From an uncultured Neglectibacter sp. (lineage in GTDB: Bacteria; Bacillota; Clostridia; Oscillospirales; Acutalibacteraceae), in assembly GCF_937958185.1 (NCBI RefSeq), contig NZ_CALFFN010000036.1: 64,000 nucleotides of DNA, one strand, 5' to 3'. Below, one piece after another: positions 1-9,423 of the stretch. The notes beneath the pieces are model-generated. The model was not told the origin of the DNA, did not search any database, and worked only from the letters and a program-made list of their open reading frames with translations. Each line of letters begins with the position of its first letter. Positions within the stretch are counted from its first letter, which is position 1. The position numbers were made by a program, and so were the translations under genes.

Positions 1-970
1 AGATAGTCTCCAGAACAAAGCCCACCACGTTGCCCAGCATGAAGATCCAGAACAGCTTGGAGTAGCACAGCCCAAAGGCAAAGGGCGCTTCCGCCCCCTC
101 CGGCAGCTTTTCCTCATAGGCGGCAATAGCGGATTCGTTTCGGCGGCGCAGCGCTTCCGAGGAGCGGCGGCGAATGACGTTCACGTTCTGCCGAAGCTCC
201 TCCAGCTGCTCGTTATGCTTTAAGGAGCGCAGGTCCGGGAACGCCTTGAGCAGACGGCGGTGAAGGGGATTTGCACGGAGGTTTTCCTCGTACTTTGCCT
301 TGAGGCGGGCAGCTTCCTTCTGCCAGTCCTTTTCCAGCACCAGCTTCTTTTCGTCCAGCGCCTGCTTTGTCCCTTCCAAAATAGTGGCTCCGGCGTACAG
401 GCTTTCTCCCAGCTTATCCGACCCCGCTTTCAGCTTGCTGGAAACGTACTCCAGATTTTTCAGCTTCCTGTTCAGACCGATGATGGATACCACGGTGACG
501 GCAAAGTCCGCCAGCGCAAGGCTCAGAAGGACGGTCAAAATGACCCAGCCCACTGTACGGGGGATCAGGGAAACCAGATAGCGGGAGAAAGGCATTACAA
601 AGCCCACCACCGCCGTCCCGGCAAATGCCCAGAGAATGGAGAATTTCAGGCAGATGTAACCGTTCAGGTTGTGGGGCTCGTTGGAATAGTCCCACCATTT
701 CTGGTGGAAGACCTTTTCCAGCAGGAAGCCTGCGACCCATTCCAGCGCCGAGCCCACTACCATGCTGCCCACAAGCAGTACGGGAATGCTGTGGCTCACC
801 GGGCGCAGGCAGAAATCGATCAGCACCACGCCGAAGCCGTAAATGGGGCACAGGGGACCATTCAGAAAGCCCCGGTTGACAAAGCGTTTTTCCACAAAAG
901 CGGCGAAGACCACCTCGCTGCACCAGCCGAGAAACGCGTAAATAAAGAAACACCACAAATAAGTATACAT
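1..970 (-). CDS. Putative ABC-transporter-permease-like membrane protein (CmpB/DUF1113-like, two similar membrane domains); 3' end outside window
   Basis: Manual translation from ATG at 970: MYTYLWCFFIYAFLGWCSEVVFAAFVEKRFVNRGFLNGPLCPIYGFG (family-typical NRGFLxGPxCPIYG). A second in-frame segment FGLCYSKLFWIFMLGNVVGFVLETI lies at the window edge. Not in the ORF track because it has no stop in the window. Confidence 0.75.
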   Translation of the reverse strand, partial: MYTYLWCFFIYAFLGWCSEVVFAAFVEKRFVNRGFLNGPLCPIYGFGVVLIDFCLRPVSHSIPVLLVGSMVVGSALEWVAGFLLEKVFHQKWWDYSNEPHNLNGYICLKFSILWAFAGTAVVGFVMPFSRYLVSLIPRTVGWVILTVLLSLALADFAVTVVSIIGLNRKLKNLEYVSSKLKAGSDKLGESLYAGATILEGTKQALDEKKLVLEKDWQKEAARLKAKYEENLRANPLHRRLLKAFPDLRSLKHNEQLEELRQNVNVIRRRSSEALRRRNESAIAAYEEKLPEGAEAPFAFGLCYSKLFWIFMLGNVVGFVLETI

Positions 971-1090
971 GAACCCATTTTGCCGGAAGACCCGGCTCCC
1001 CTTCCTCTTACCAGAACTTACCGCCCTCGTGTAAGAAATATGATATCAAAGTGCATTGTAGCAAATAAAAAGCGGTGTGTAAAGCGGTTT

Positions 1091-2605
1091 TCAGAATTTC
1101 CGCAGGACCTCCGGCAGAGCTGCCAGCAGGTCCGTAGGCAGCATGGAACGCTGCCCCAGCCGCCGGGCGCACAGGTCGCCTGCAAGCCCGTGGAGGTAGA
1201 CGCCTGTCACCGCGGCCTCAAAGGGGAGAATCCCCTGTGCCGCCAAAGAAGCGATCATGCCCGCCAGCACATCGCCGCTGCCGCCTTTTGCCATGCCCGC
1301 GTTCCCCGTGGGGTTCACGGCGCATCTGCCGTCCGGGGAAGCGATGACCGTTGCCGCGCCCTTCAGCGCCACCACCGCCCCGGTCTCCCGGGCTTTCTCC
1401 CGGGCGGCGCCCAGCCTGTCCGCCTGGATCTCAGGAACGGCGTCGCCGCAGAGCCGCGCCATTTCGCCCGGGTGAGGGGTCAAGATCAGCGGCGCTTCCA
1501 CGTCTTCCAGAATACCCGGACGGCGGGCGGCAAAGTTCAGGGCATCTGCGTCTGCCACCAGCGGTACGGTGCAGTGGGAAAAGATGATCGGACACACCAG
1601 CTCCGCCCGTTCTCCCAGCCCACACCCCACAAGGCAGGCGGAAGCCCCCTCGATCGCACGGTTCAGGCGCTCCGTGCTTTCCGCTCGGCGGTTCTCCCAG
1701 TCCAAAACGGTGAATACTGCTTCCGGCACCGCCTGGGCAAGAATGGGGTACAGGCTCTTTTCCACGGCAATGTGCAATAGCCCCACGCCGCAGCGCAAAG
1801 CGGCTTTTGCCGCCATGATACATGCCCCTGCCATGCCGTAGCTGCCGCAGACCAGCAGCAGCCTGCCCAGTGCCCCCTTGTTGCTTTGGGGGTCAAGGGG
1901 GCGGAGCTGGGCGCGGGGGAAATCGTCGTCCGTCTCGAAAAAGCGGGTCTCCGCCGCTTCCAGCAGCACCGGGGAGACCCCCACCTGCCGGATCACGGTC
2001 TCTCCGCAGTATTCCCTGGCGGGATAGGAGCAGTTGGCAGGCTTTTTCCCGGTAAAGGTCACGGTCACGTCCGCCCGGAAAGCGCCCGCCGCCACCTGCC
2101 CGGTATCACACATCGCTCCGCTGGGCAGGTCGGCGGAAATGCGCAGGCAGTCCCGGCGGTTCGCCGCTTCCAGAAGGTCCAGCCCGTCCCCGGAAAATTC
2201 TCCCCGGAAGCTAAACCCGAATACGCAGTCCAGGATCACGTCCGCTTTTTCCAGCGCCGACAGCGCTTCCTCCCGGTTTTCCTGCACGGAAAGCACTGCC
2301 ACATTCTCCGGCATGGCGCGAAAGGCAGCGGCGGCAAGAGGTGTTTTCGGCTCCCCCTGCAGCAACAGCACGGTGCAGCGGAACCCCCGCTCCGACAGGT
2401 GGCGGGCGCAGACAAAGCCGTCCCCGCCGTTATTGCCCCTGCCGCAGAGCAGGACCGCGCGCTTCCCGGCGGCGGGGCGGCAGCGGCTTTCCGTTTCCTG
2501 CGCCAGCGCTGCGCCGGCGTTCTCCATCAGCGTTTGCAGCGGCGTGCCGGAGCGCTCCGCCATGCCTTCCAGCCGCTGCATTTCTTCCCTGCAAAACAGT
2601 TTCAC
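1091..2605 (-). CDS. nnr: Bifunctional NAD(P)H-hydrate epimerase/dehydratase (YjeF-N + YjeF-C)
   Basis: LMENAG, GRGNNGGDG, DADAL, LTPHPGEM, GGSGDVLAG motifs; GTG at 2605 after AGGGAGG. Confidence 0.93.
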   Translation of the reverse strand: MKLFCREEMQRLEGMAERSGTPLQTLMENAGAALAQETESRCRPAAGKRAVLLCGRGNNGGDGFVCARHLSERGFRCTVLLLQGEPKTPLAAAAFRAMPENVAVLSVQENREEALSALEKADVILDCVFGFSFRGEFSGDGLDLLEAANRRDCLRISADLPSGAMCDTGQVAAGAFRADVTVTFTGKKPANCSYPAREYCGETVIRQVGVSPVLLEAAETRFFETDDDFPRAQLRPLDPQSNKGALGRLLLVCGSYGMAGACIMAAKAALRCGVGLLHIAVEKSLYPILAQAVPEAVFTVLDWENRRAESTERLNRAIEGASACLVGCGLGERAELVCPIIFSHCTVPLVADADALNFAARRPGILEDVEAPLILTPHPGEMARLCGDAVPEIQADRLGAAREKARETGAVVALKGAATVIASPDGRCAVNPTGNAGMAKGGSGDVLAGMIASLAAQGILPFEAAVTGVYLHGLAGDLCARRLGQRSMLPTDLLAALPEVLRKF

Positions 2606-2672
2606 AGCGATGTTCCCTCCCTCTTTTTGAGACAAAGGTCAAAAATTTTTTCAGCCTTTTTCCCCGGCAGCC

Positions 2673-2701
2673 TTGACAAGATAAAATCTTCCTAGTAGAA
2701 T
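2673..2701 (+). promoter_or_regulatory. Sigma-A promoter for the FMN riboswitch/ribU transcript
   Basis: TTGACA-17 bp-TAGAAT directly upstream of the riboswitch. Confidence 0.8.
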
Positions 2702-2711
2702 AATACCAGCA

Positions 2712-2833
2712 AATAGTCTTCGGGGCAAGGTGAAATTCCTGACCGGCAGTGAAAGTCTGCGAGCGGCGGTGCTTCCGCCGTTGAATCGGTGCAATTCCGA
2801 TACCGACGGTACAGTCCGGATGGAAGAAGATGA
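2712..2833 (+). ncRNA. FMN riboswitch (RFN element)
   Basis: Signature segments TCTTCGGGGCAAGGTGAAATTCCTGACCGGCAGT, TCGGTGCAATTCCGATACCGACGGTACAGTCCGGATGGAAGAAGA; upstream of an ECF S component. Confidence 0.95.
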
Positions 2834-2876
2834 AACAGGGCGATCCGCGTAGTTTTGCGGGTCCCCGGCTTCGTTC

Positions 2877-2911
2877 CCGGAGGGCGTCTGGCGCCTCCGG
2901 CTTTTTGTTTT
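2877..2911 (+). terminator. Riboswitch expression-platform terminator
   Basis: CCGGAGG...CCTCCGG stem followed by CTTTTTGTTTT, between aptamer and ribU start. Confidence 0.75.
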
Positions 2912-2964
2912 CCCGAACCTTTTGCAGCAGAATAAAATTTTCCAAAGGGAAAGGAAATGATGTG

Positions 2965-3564
2965 ATGCAAAAGAAATTCAACGCAAGAAAGCTGGCTGTG
3001 ACGGCCGTCATGGGAGCGGTGGCGGCGGTGCTGATGTTTTTAAGCTTCAGCGTACCTGTGATCCCCTCCTTCATCAAGCTGGATTTTTCCGAGCTGCCCG
3101 CGTTGATCGCGGCGTTCAGCATGGGACCTCTTTCCGGCGCGGCGGTGTGCTTTGTGAAGAACCTGGTGAACGTGCTGTTTACCAGCACCGCCGGGGCAGG
3201 GGAGCTGTGCAACTTCCTGATGGGCGTCACCTTCGTGGTGCCCGCGGGTCTGATCTACAAGAAGCAGAAGAACCTGAAGGGCGCTGTGATAGGTTCCCTG
3301 GTGGGCGCGGCGGTGATGGCTGTGTGCAGCCTGCCCATCAATTATTTCATCAGCTATCCCGCCTATTCCCTGTTCTACGGGCTGACCACGGACATCATTC
3401 TGGGAATGTACCGGGCGATAAACCCCAATGTGGGGAGCCTGTTTGACGCGCTGCTGTGGTTCAACGCGCCCTTCACCTTTGTCAAGGGGCTGTGCGATGT
3501 GGTCCTGACGTTCCTTGTCTACAAGCGCCTGTCCCCCGTCATCAAAAAGCTGGCGAATATCTGA
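2965..3564 (+). CDS. ribU: ECF transporter S component, riboflavin-specific
   Basis: Hydrophobic protein with FIKLDFSELPALIAAF and FNAPFTFVKG motifs; controlled by an FMN riboswitch; ATG at 2965. Confidence 0.88.
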   Translation: MQKKFNARKLAVTAVMGAVAAVLMFLSFSVPVIPSFIKLDFSELPALIAAFSMGPLSGAAVCFVKNLVNVLFTSTAGAGELCNFLMGVTFVVPAGLIYKKQKNLKGAVIGSLVGAAVMAVCSLPINYFISYPAYSLFYGLTTDIILGMYRAINPNVGSLFDALLWFNAPFTFVKGLCDVVLTFLVYKRLSPVIKKLANI

Positions 3565-3600
3565 GCCGGAAAGACTTCCGGCAGCGCTCAAAAAAACTGC

Positions 3601-3629
3601 TTGACATTTCGGGCGGGGCATTGTATAAT
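3601..3629 (+). promoter_or_regulatory. Consensus sigma-A promoter of infC-rpmI-rplT
   Basis: Perfect TTGACA-17 bp-TATAAT. Confidence 0.9.
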
Positions 3630-3635
3630 CTTTCA

Positions 3636-3868
3636 CGGTAAAACAAAGCGGAGAAAGTTCCGGGCTTCAAAATGCTTTAGGTTTTGAGAAGAAAGCCTAA
3701 GGCTGCACAGTCTCAGGCTTTCTTTCACCCGTGCGGTTCTGTCCGGCACAGGTCAATATCGAAACGGAAAGTATGCGGCTTCGGCAGGGCGTTTATGGCG
3801 TTCTGGGCGGGGTGCGGTGCTTTCGGTTGCGGGATTGATTGCGGACAGGATTTCCTGTCCGCTTTTTT
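3636..3868 (+). promoter_or_regulatory. L20-leader-like attenuator in the infC 5' UTR
   Basis: AGAAG...CTTTCACC-CGTGC...GCAC-AGGT core resembling Firmicute L20 leaders; terminator GCGGACAGGA-TT-TCCTGTCCGC-TTTTTT at 3841-3868. Confidence 0.65.
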
Positions 3869-3930
3869 GCGGCGTTTTTCGGGTACGCTTTGAAACACAG
3901 TTTGAGGAATCTTGATGGAGGTGCTTACCA

Positions 3931-4449
3931 ATCGGCAACAAAGAACTGCAAATCAACGAACAAATCCGTGACAAAGAGCTTCGCGTAGTGGACACCGACG
4001 GCTCCCAGCTGGGCATCATGCCCCTGAAGCAGGCGTTGGAGCTGGCGGAGCAGCGGAATCTCGATCTGGTGAAGATCGCGCCCCAGGCAAAGCCGCCGGT
4101 GTGTAAGATCATCGACTACGGCAAGTTCCGGTTCGAGCAATCGAAGAGGGAAAAGGAGCAGCGGAAGAACCAGAGAGTCGTTGAAATCAAGGAAGTACGT
4201 CTTTCTCTCAACATCGACACCCATGATTTTGAGACAAAGAGAAACCATGCTGCCCGCTTTATTTCCGAAGGGAATAAGGTAAAGGCTTCCATCCGTTTCC
4301 GCGGAAGGGAAATGGGGCACCCCGAATTGGGACAGGAGATCATGCAGCGGTTCGCCGACGCGATGTCCGAAGTCGCCAATGTGGAGAAAGCCCCTAAGCT
4401 GGAGGGCAGGACAATGCTGATGTTCCTTGCACCCAAGCCCGTCAAATAA
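3931..4449 (+). CDS. infC: Translation initiation factor IF-3 (non-canonical ATC start)
   Basis: GGAGGT SD then in-frame ATC at 3931 giving (M)GNKELQINEQIRDKELRVV; DLVKIAP, PPVCKIIDYGK, RFRGRE motifs. Non-AUG starts are established for infC. Confidence 0.95.
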   Translation: MGNKELQINEQIRDKELRVVDTDGSQLGIMPLKQALELAEQRNLDLVKIAPQAKPPVCKIIDYGKFRFEQSKREKEQRKNQRVVEIKEVRLSLNIDTHDFETKRNHAARFISEGNKVKASIRFRGREMGHPELGQEIMQRFADAMSEVANVEKAPKLEGRTMLMFLAPKPVK

Positions 4450-4476
4450 TGTAAAATTTTTAAGGAGGACTGTAAA

Positions 4477-4680
4477 ATGCCGAAGCTTAAAACACACAGC
4501 GGCGCCAAGAAGCGCTTCAAGTTGTCCAAGAATGGAAAAGTGATCCGTGGTCATGCCTATATGAGCCATCTGTGCAACGGTCACGGCAAGACCCCCAAGA
4601 CCAAGCGTCACGCCCGGGGCACTGTGGTGGCGGATAAGACCAACACCGCCGCCGTCAAGCGGATGCTGCCCTATAAATAA
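4477..4680 (+). CDS. rpmI: 50S ribosomal protein L35
   Basis: [15 protein letters not shown]; between infC and rplT. Confidence 0.96.
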   Translation: MPKLKTHSGAKKRFKLSKNGKVIRGHAYMSHLCNGHGKTPKTKRHARGTVVADKTNTAAVKRMLPYK

Positions 4681-4737
4681 ACCGTAAGGGACGTTTCAAA
4701 ATTTCATTTTTCGACAATCAGAAAGGATTGAGTATAC

Positions 4738-5091
4738 ATGGCCAGAGTTAAGGGCGCTATGATGACGCGCAAAAGAAGAAAGAAAGTATTGAAGCTTGCC
4801 AAGGGCTATTGGGGTTCCAAGAGCCGCCATTTCAAAATGGCGAAACAGGCTGTTATGAAGTCCGGCAACTATGCCTATATCGGCCGCAAGCAGCGCAAGC
4901 GGGACTTCCGCCGCCTGTGGATCACCAGGATTTCCGCAGCCTGCCGCATGAACGACATCAATTATTCCACCTTTATGAACGGTTTGAAGAAAGCCGGCGT
5001 GACCCTGAACCGGAAAATGCTTTCCGAAATCGCCATCGCCGACCCTGCCGGTTTCACCGCATTGGTGGAAAAGGCAAAGGCAGCCCTCTAA
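4738..5091 (+). CDS. rplT: 50S ribosomal protein L20
   Basis: [36 protein letters not shown]. Confidence 0.98.
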   Translation: MARVKGAMMTRKRRKKVLKLAKGYWGSKSRHFKMAKQAVMKSGNYAYIGRKQRKRDFRRLWITRISAACRMNDINYSTFMNGLKKAGVTLNRKMLSEIAIADPAGFTALVEKAKAAL

Positions 5092-5171
5092 TAAGCTGTT
5101 ATTGCGCCTGAGGCATTCCGCCTTGGGCGTTTCCGTTTTTTTGGATTTTCCCGGGAAGGAGTGAGAAGCGC

Positions 5172-6005
5172 ATGGCGGGAAACCGTATTACCAGCCGGCA
5201 GAACCCTGTTATTCGCCGGGCGGCGGCGCTGTCCCGCAGCGGGGAGGAGCGCCGGGCGCAGGGGAAATTTCTCTGCGAGGGCGCCCGCCTGTGCCGGGAC
5301 GCCGTACTGTCGGGGCTTTCGGTGGAGACCTGCTTTTACACCGCTCCGGCGGCGCAAAAATACGGGGATTATCTTGCCCCGCTTCTCACCGCCTGCGGGG
5401 AAAGCTATGAGATCGAGGACCACGTGGCGGCGCTGCTGTCCTCTACCAAAGCCCCGCAGGGGGTGTTCTGCGTCTGCCAGGTTCCCGATACGCTGGGACA
5501 GGCTTTTTCCAAAGCCGAGCCGACCCTGCCCAGCCTGCTGGTATTGGAAAATTTGCAGGACCCCGGCAATCTGGGCACGGTGCTGCGCACAGCGGAAGCA
5601 CTGGGCGTGGAAGAGGTCGTCCTGCTGGGCGAGTGCTGTGACCCGTTGTCTCCCAAAGTGCTGCGGGCGTCCATGGGCGCGGTGTTCCGGGTCGGATTAT
5701 GCCTGGAAAGAGAGCCTGAAAAATTATGTAAACTGCTAAAGGATCACAGCTATACTCTCCATGCCGCTGTGCCGGACCGGGGAGCGGTGCAGATCACCGC
5801 GGTGGATTTTACCGCCGGGAAGCATGCCGTGTTCATCGGCAATGAAGGCAACGGGCTGACGGAGGGAACCATCGCCCTCTGCCACGACAGCGTGACGATC
5901 CCCATGGGGGGCAGGGCGGAGTCGCTGAACGCGTCTGCCGCCGCCACTATTTTGCTGTGGGAAATGCGGCGGGGTATGCCGCGGAAGGGAGAGCGCCATG
6001 GATAA
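5172..6005 (+). CDS. TrmH/SpoU-family RNA methyltransferase
   Basis: LQDPGNLGTVLRTAEA, GNEGNGL, IPM..AESLNAS motifs. Confidence 0.92.
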   Translation: MAGNRITSRQNPVIRRAAALSRSGEERRAQGKFLCEGARLCRDAVLSGLSVETCFYTAPAAQKYGDYLAPLLTACGESYEIEDHVAALLSSTKAPQGVFCVCQVPDTLGQAFSKAEPTLPSLLVLENLQDPGNLGTVLRTAEALGVEEVVLLGECCDPLSPKVLRASMGAVFRVGLCLEREPEKLCKLLKDHSYTLHAAVPDRGAVQITAVDFTAGKHAVFIGNEGNGLTEGTIALCHDSVTIPMGGRAESLNASAAATILLWEMRRGMPRKGERHG

Positions 6006-7161
6006 TCGTGCCTATTGGATCTGGATACAGCAGGCGTTCCTGCCCGGCAGCCGAAAGCCCATGAAGATATTCTCCCAGTACAGGGGCGGGGTGTGGGAAT
6101 TTTGCGAGGGCGGAGCCAAGCTGTGGAACACCCGGCGGGACCTGACCGACCGGGAAACGGCGGCGCTGCGGGATTTCAGCCTTTCCCAGGCGGAAGCAAG
6201 GCTGGAATACGCGGAGAAGGTGGGCTGGCAGGTGCTGACGCCGGAGTGTGAGAAATATCCCGAGCTGCTGAGGAATATTTCTGATCCTCCTGCGGTACTG
6301 TATCTAAAGGGTACCATGCCCGATCTGGACCAAACTCTGTCCATCGGCGTTGCCGGGGCAAGGAAAGCCACGGAAGCTTCTCTGGACGCCGCCAGAAAAT
6401 TTGGTTACCAGCTGGCTGCCGGAAACGCCTGTGTGGTATCCGGCGGGGCAAAGGGCGTGGATTCCGCAGCCCTCACCGGGGCGATGGGCATTCCCGGCTC
6501 CAAGCTGATCAGCGTGCTTCCCGTTTCGCTGGACAGCAGCTATGTGATGGAAAACGCCAGATTGCGCAAAATGATCTGCGCCCATGGAGGTGCCCTGCTG
6601 ACGGAGTATTTTTCTCTCAGCCGCCCGGAGCTTGGCACCTTTCAGGTGAGGAACCGCCTGATCACAGGCTTGAGCCGGGGTGTGCTGCTGATCCAGGCGG
6701 CGCGGAAAAGCGGCACCATGATCTATGCGTCCCACGCGCTGGACCAGAACCGGGACGTGTTCGTTTATCCCGGACCGGCAGGAGCGGAGGAATTTTCCGG
6801 CAGCCGGGCGCTGCTGGAGGACGGCGCCAGAGCCGTGACCTGTGGCGAAGATATCCTGGCGGACTACAGTGGGAATTTTGACGCGTCGTCTTTCCCGCCT
6901 ATCTACGACCTGTTTGAAGACCTGCCCCTGCCCGCCCAGGAAAAGGGCGAGCCTGTTCCCGCGCTGGCGGACGCGGCGGCGCAGCTTTCGCCCCAGGCAA
7001 AGCAGGTCTTGGACGCTTTGGGGCATGAGCCGCTGTCCGTGGCTCAGCTGGAGGAAAAGACAGGGCTGCCCGCCTCTGCCCTGCTGGGAGTGCTGACCGA
7101 ACTGGAGCTGGACGGCTTTGCCGAATCTCTCCCCGGCAAGCGCTACACCAGAGGTTTCTAA
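5998..7161 (+). CDS. dprA: DNA-processing protein DprA
   Basis: YPELLRNISDPPAVLY, VVSGGAKGVD, FQVRNRLITGLS, C-terminal winged helix; upstream of topA. Confidence 0.92.
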   Translation: MDNRAYWIWIQQAFLPGSRKPMKIFSQYRGGVWEFCEGGAKLWNTRRDLTDRETAALRDFSLSQAEARLEYAEKVGWQVLTPECEKYPELLRNISDPPAVLYLKGTMPDLDQTLSIGVAGARKATEASLDAARKFGYQLAAGNACVVSGGAKGVDSAALTGAMGIPGSKLISVLPVSLDSSYVMENARLRKMICAHGGALLTEYFSLSRPELGTFQVRNRLITGLSRGVLLIQAARKSGTMIYASHALDQNRDVFVYPGPAGAEEFSGSRALLEDGARAVTCGEDILADYSGNFDASSFPPIYDLFEDLPLPAQEKGEPVPALADAAAQLSPQAKQVLDALGHEPLSVAQLEEKTGLPASALLGVLTELELDGFAESLPGKRYTRGF

Positions 7162-7278
7162 AAATAATTCCGGGAAAGAATTATAATTTCTGCGAAGTAT
7201 TGTAAGATTAACCCGTTTCCGGTTTTTTCCCAACCGGGGACAAAGCAAGCTTCGCAAAGAGAAAGGAAGGCTTTGAAA

Positions 7279-9366
7279 ATGTCAAAACTAGTGATCGTGG
7301 AATCACCTTCCAAAGCAAAAACCATTCAAAAATATTTGGGGAACGGTTACGAAGTCATCGCTTCCATGGGTCATGTGAGGGATCTTCCCAAAGCACGGCT
7401 CAGCGTGGACGTAAAGGATAATTTTACGCCGAAATACAGCGTGGTCAAGGGAAAGGAAAAGCTGGTCAAGGAGCTGAAGGAAGCGGCTGCCAATTCAGAC
7501 GGCGTACTGCTTGCCACCGACCCTGACCGCGAGGGGGAAGCCATTTCCTGGCACCTGGCATACCTGCTGGGGCTGGACGAAAACGCGCAGGACAGAGTGA
7601 CCTTTAACGAGATCACCCGCACCGGCGTGGAGGAAGGCATGGCGCACCCCAGAGCCATTGATCTGGACCTGGTCAACGCCCAGCAGGCGCGGCGTATCCT
7701 GGACCGCCTGGTGGGGTACACCTTAAGCCCTTTCCTTGCAAAGACCATTCGCCGGGGCTTATCCGCGGGACGTGTGCAGTCTGTGGCGGTCCGCATGGTG
7801 GTGGACAGGGAAGAGGAGATCAGAAGCTTTGTGCCCGAGGAATATTGGAGCATTGACGCCAAGCTCACCGCGCCGCCGTCCAAGGCTGTGTTTGCGGCTG
7901 CCTTTTACGGCGACGAAAACGGGGAGATCAAGATTTCCTCCCAGAAGGAATCCGATCAGCTTTTTGCAGAGCTGGAGCAGGAAGAATTCCTGGTCGGTTC
8001 CGTGAAAAAAGGAAAAAAGAACCGTTCGCCCGCCCCGCCCTTCATCACTTCCACCCTGCAGCAGGAGGCTTCCCGGAAGCTGGGCTTCCAGGCGCGGCGC
8101 ACGATGAAAGCCGCCCAGGAGCTGTACGAGGGCGTAGAGGTGCGCGGGCAGGGCTCTATGGGTCTTATCACTTACATGAGGACCGACTCTCTGCGTATTT
8201 CCGAGGACGCGATCAAGGACGCCGCCGCCTACATCAAGGAGCGATGGGGAGAGAAATATCTGCCCAGCCAGCCCCGGCATTTTAAGTCCCGCGCCAATGC
8301 GCAGGACGGGCACGAAGCCATTCGCCCCGCCTCTGTTGCCATCACTCCCGACATGGTGAAGGATTCCCTGACCGGGGACCAGTACAAGCTGTATAAGCTT
8401 ATTTGGGAGCGCTTTATCGCCTGCCAGATGGCAAACTGCGTGCTGAATACCACCCAGGCGACCATTACCGCCGGAAAGTATATCTTTAAGGCTTCCGGCT
8501 TCAATGTGGCGTTCGAGGGCTTTACCGCCCTGTATGAGGAAAGTAAGGACGAGGAGGAAAAGGCGGGGAAAGACCTGCCCGTCCTGAAGGAGGGCATGGC
8601 GCTGAAGGTCAAGGACCTGAAAGGCAACCAGCACTTCACCCAGCCGCCGCCACGGTACACCGAGGCTTCCCTTATCAAGACGCTGGAGGAAAACGGCATC
8701 GGTCGCCCCTCCACCTATGCCGCCACCATCTCCACCATCACCGGCAGGGAATACGTGGCGCGGGAGGGAAAAGCCTTCAAGCCCACCGAGCTGGGCGAGG
8801 TCATCACCAAGCTGATGAAGGAGCGCTTTCCCGATATCGTCAACGTGAAATTCACCGCCAAGGTGGAAGACGAGCTGGACGCCGTGCAGCGGGGCGACGA
8901 GGAATGGGTGGACACCCTGAGCCGCTTCTACGAGGGCTTTGACAAAAGCGTCCAGAAAGCCAAGAAGGAAATGGACGGCGTGAAGATACACCTGAAAGAG
9001 GACGAGACCGACGAGGTCTGCGAGAAATGCGGCAGACCCATGGTCATCAAGGTGGGCAGATACGGCAAGTTCATGGCGTGCTCCGGCTACCCGGAATGCA
9101 AGAACGTGAAGAAGATCATCAACGACACCGGCGCGGAATGTCCCAAGTGCGGCGGGAAGATCATTCAGAGAAAATCCAAGCGCGGCAGGGTGTTCTACGG
9201 CTGCAGCGAATACCCCAAATGCGATTTTGTTTCCTGGGACCCGCCCTCCAAGGAAAAGTGCCCCGTCTGCGGCAAGACCCTGCTGCAAAAGAAAAATAAG
9301 GAGCATACGCTGTACTGCGTCACCGAGGGCTGCACCTTTGCCGGGAAACCGGCGGAAGAAGAATGA
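7279..9366 (+). CDS. topA: DNA topoisomerase I
   Basis: LVIVESPSKAKTI, ATDPDREGEAI, SAGRVQS, ITYMRTDS, C-terminal Zn ribbons. Confidence 0.98.
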   Translation: MSKLVIVESPSKAKTIQKYLGNGYEVIASMGHVRDLPKARLSVDVKDNFTPKYSVVKGKEKLVKELKEAAANSDGVLLATDPDREGEAISWHLAYLLGLDENAQDRVTFNEITRTGVEEGMAHPRAIDLDLVNAQQARRILDRLVGYTLSPFLAKTIRRGLSAGRVQSVAVRMVVDREEEIRSFVPEEYWSIDAKLTAPPSKAVFAAAFYGDENGEIKISSQKESDQLFAELEQEEFLVGSVKKGKKNRSPAPPFITSTLQQEASRKLGFQARRTMKAAQELYEGVEVRGQGSMGLITYMRTDSLRISEDAIKDAAAYIKERWGEKYLPSQPRHFKSRANAQDGHEAIRPASVAITPDMVKDSLTGDQYKLYKLIWERFIACQMANCVLNTTQATITAGKYIFKASGFNVAFEGFTALYEESKDEEEKAGKDLPVLKEGMALKVKDLKGNQHFTQPPPRYTEASLIKTLEENGIGRPSTYAATISTITGREYVAREGKAFKPTELGEVITKLMKERFPDIVNVKFTAKVEDELDAVQRGDEEWVDTLSRFYEGFDKSVQKAKKEMDGVKIHLKEDETDEVCEKCGRPMVIKVGRYGKFMACSGYPECKNVKKIINDTGAECPKCGGKIIQRKSKRGRVFYGCSEYPKCDFVSWDPPSKEKCPVCGKTLLQKKNKEHTLYCVTEGCTFAGKPAEEE

Positions 9367-9423
9367 GGGAATGCAGACCGGCTGCGCCGGCGGCACCGCA
9401 GAGCTGACGGGCAGGAAGAAAGC

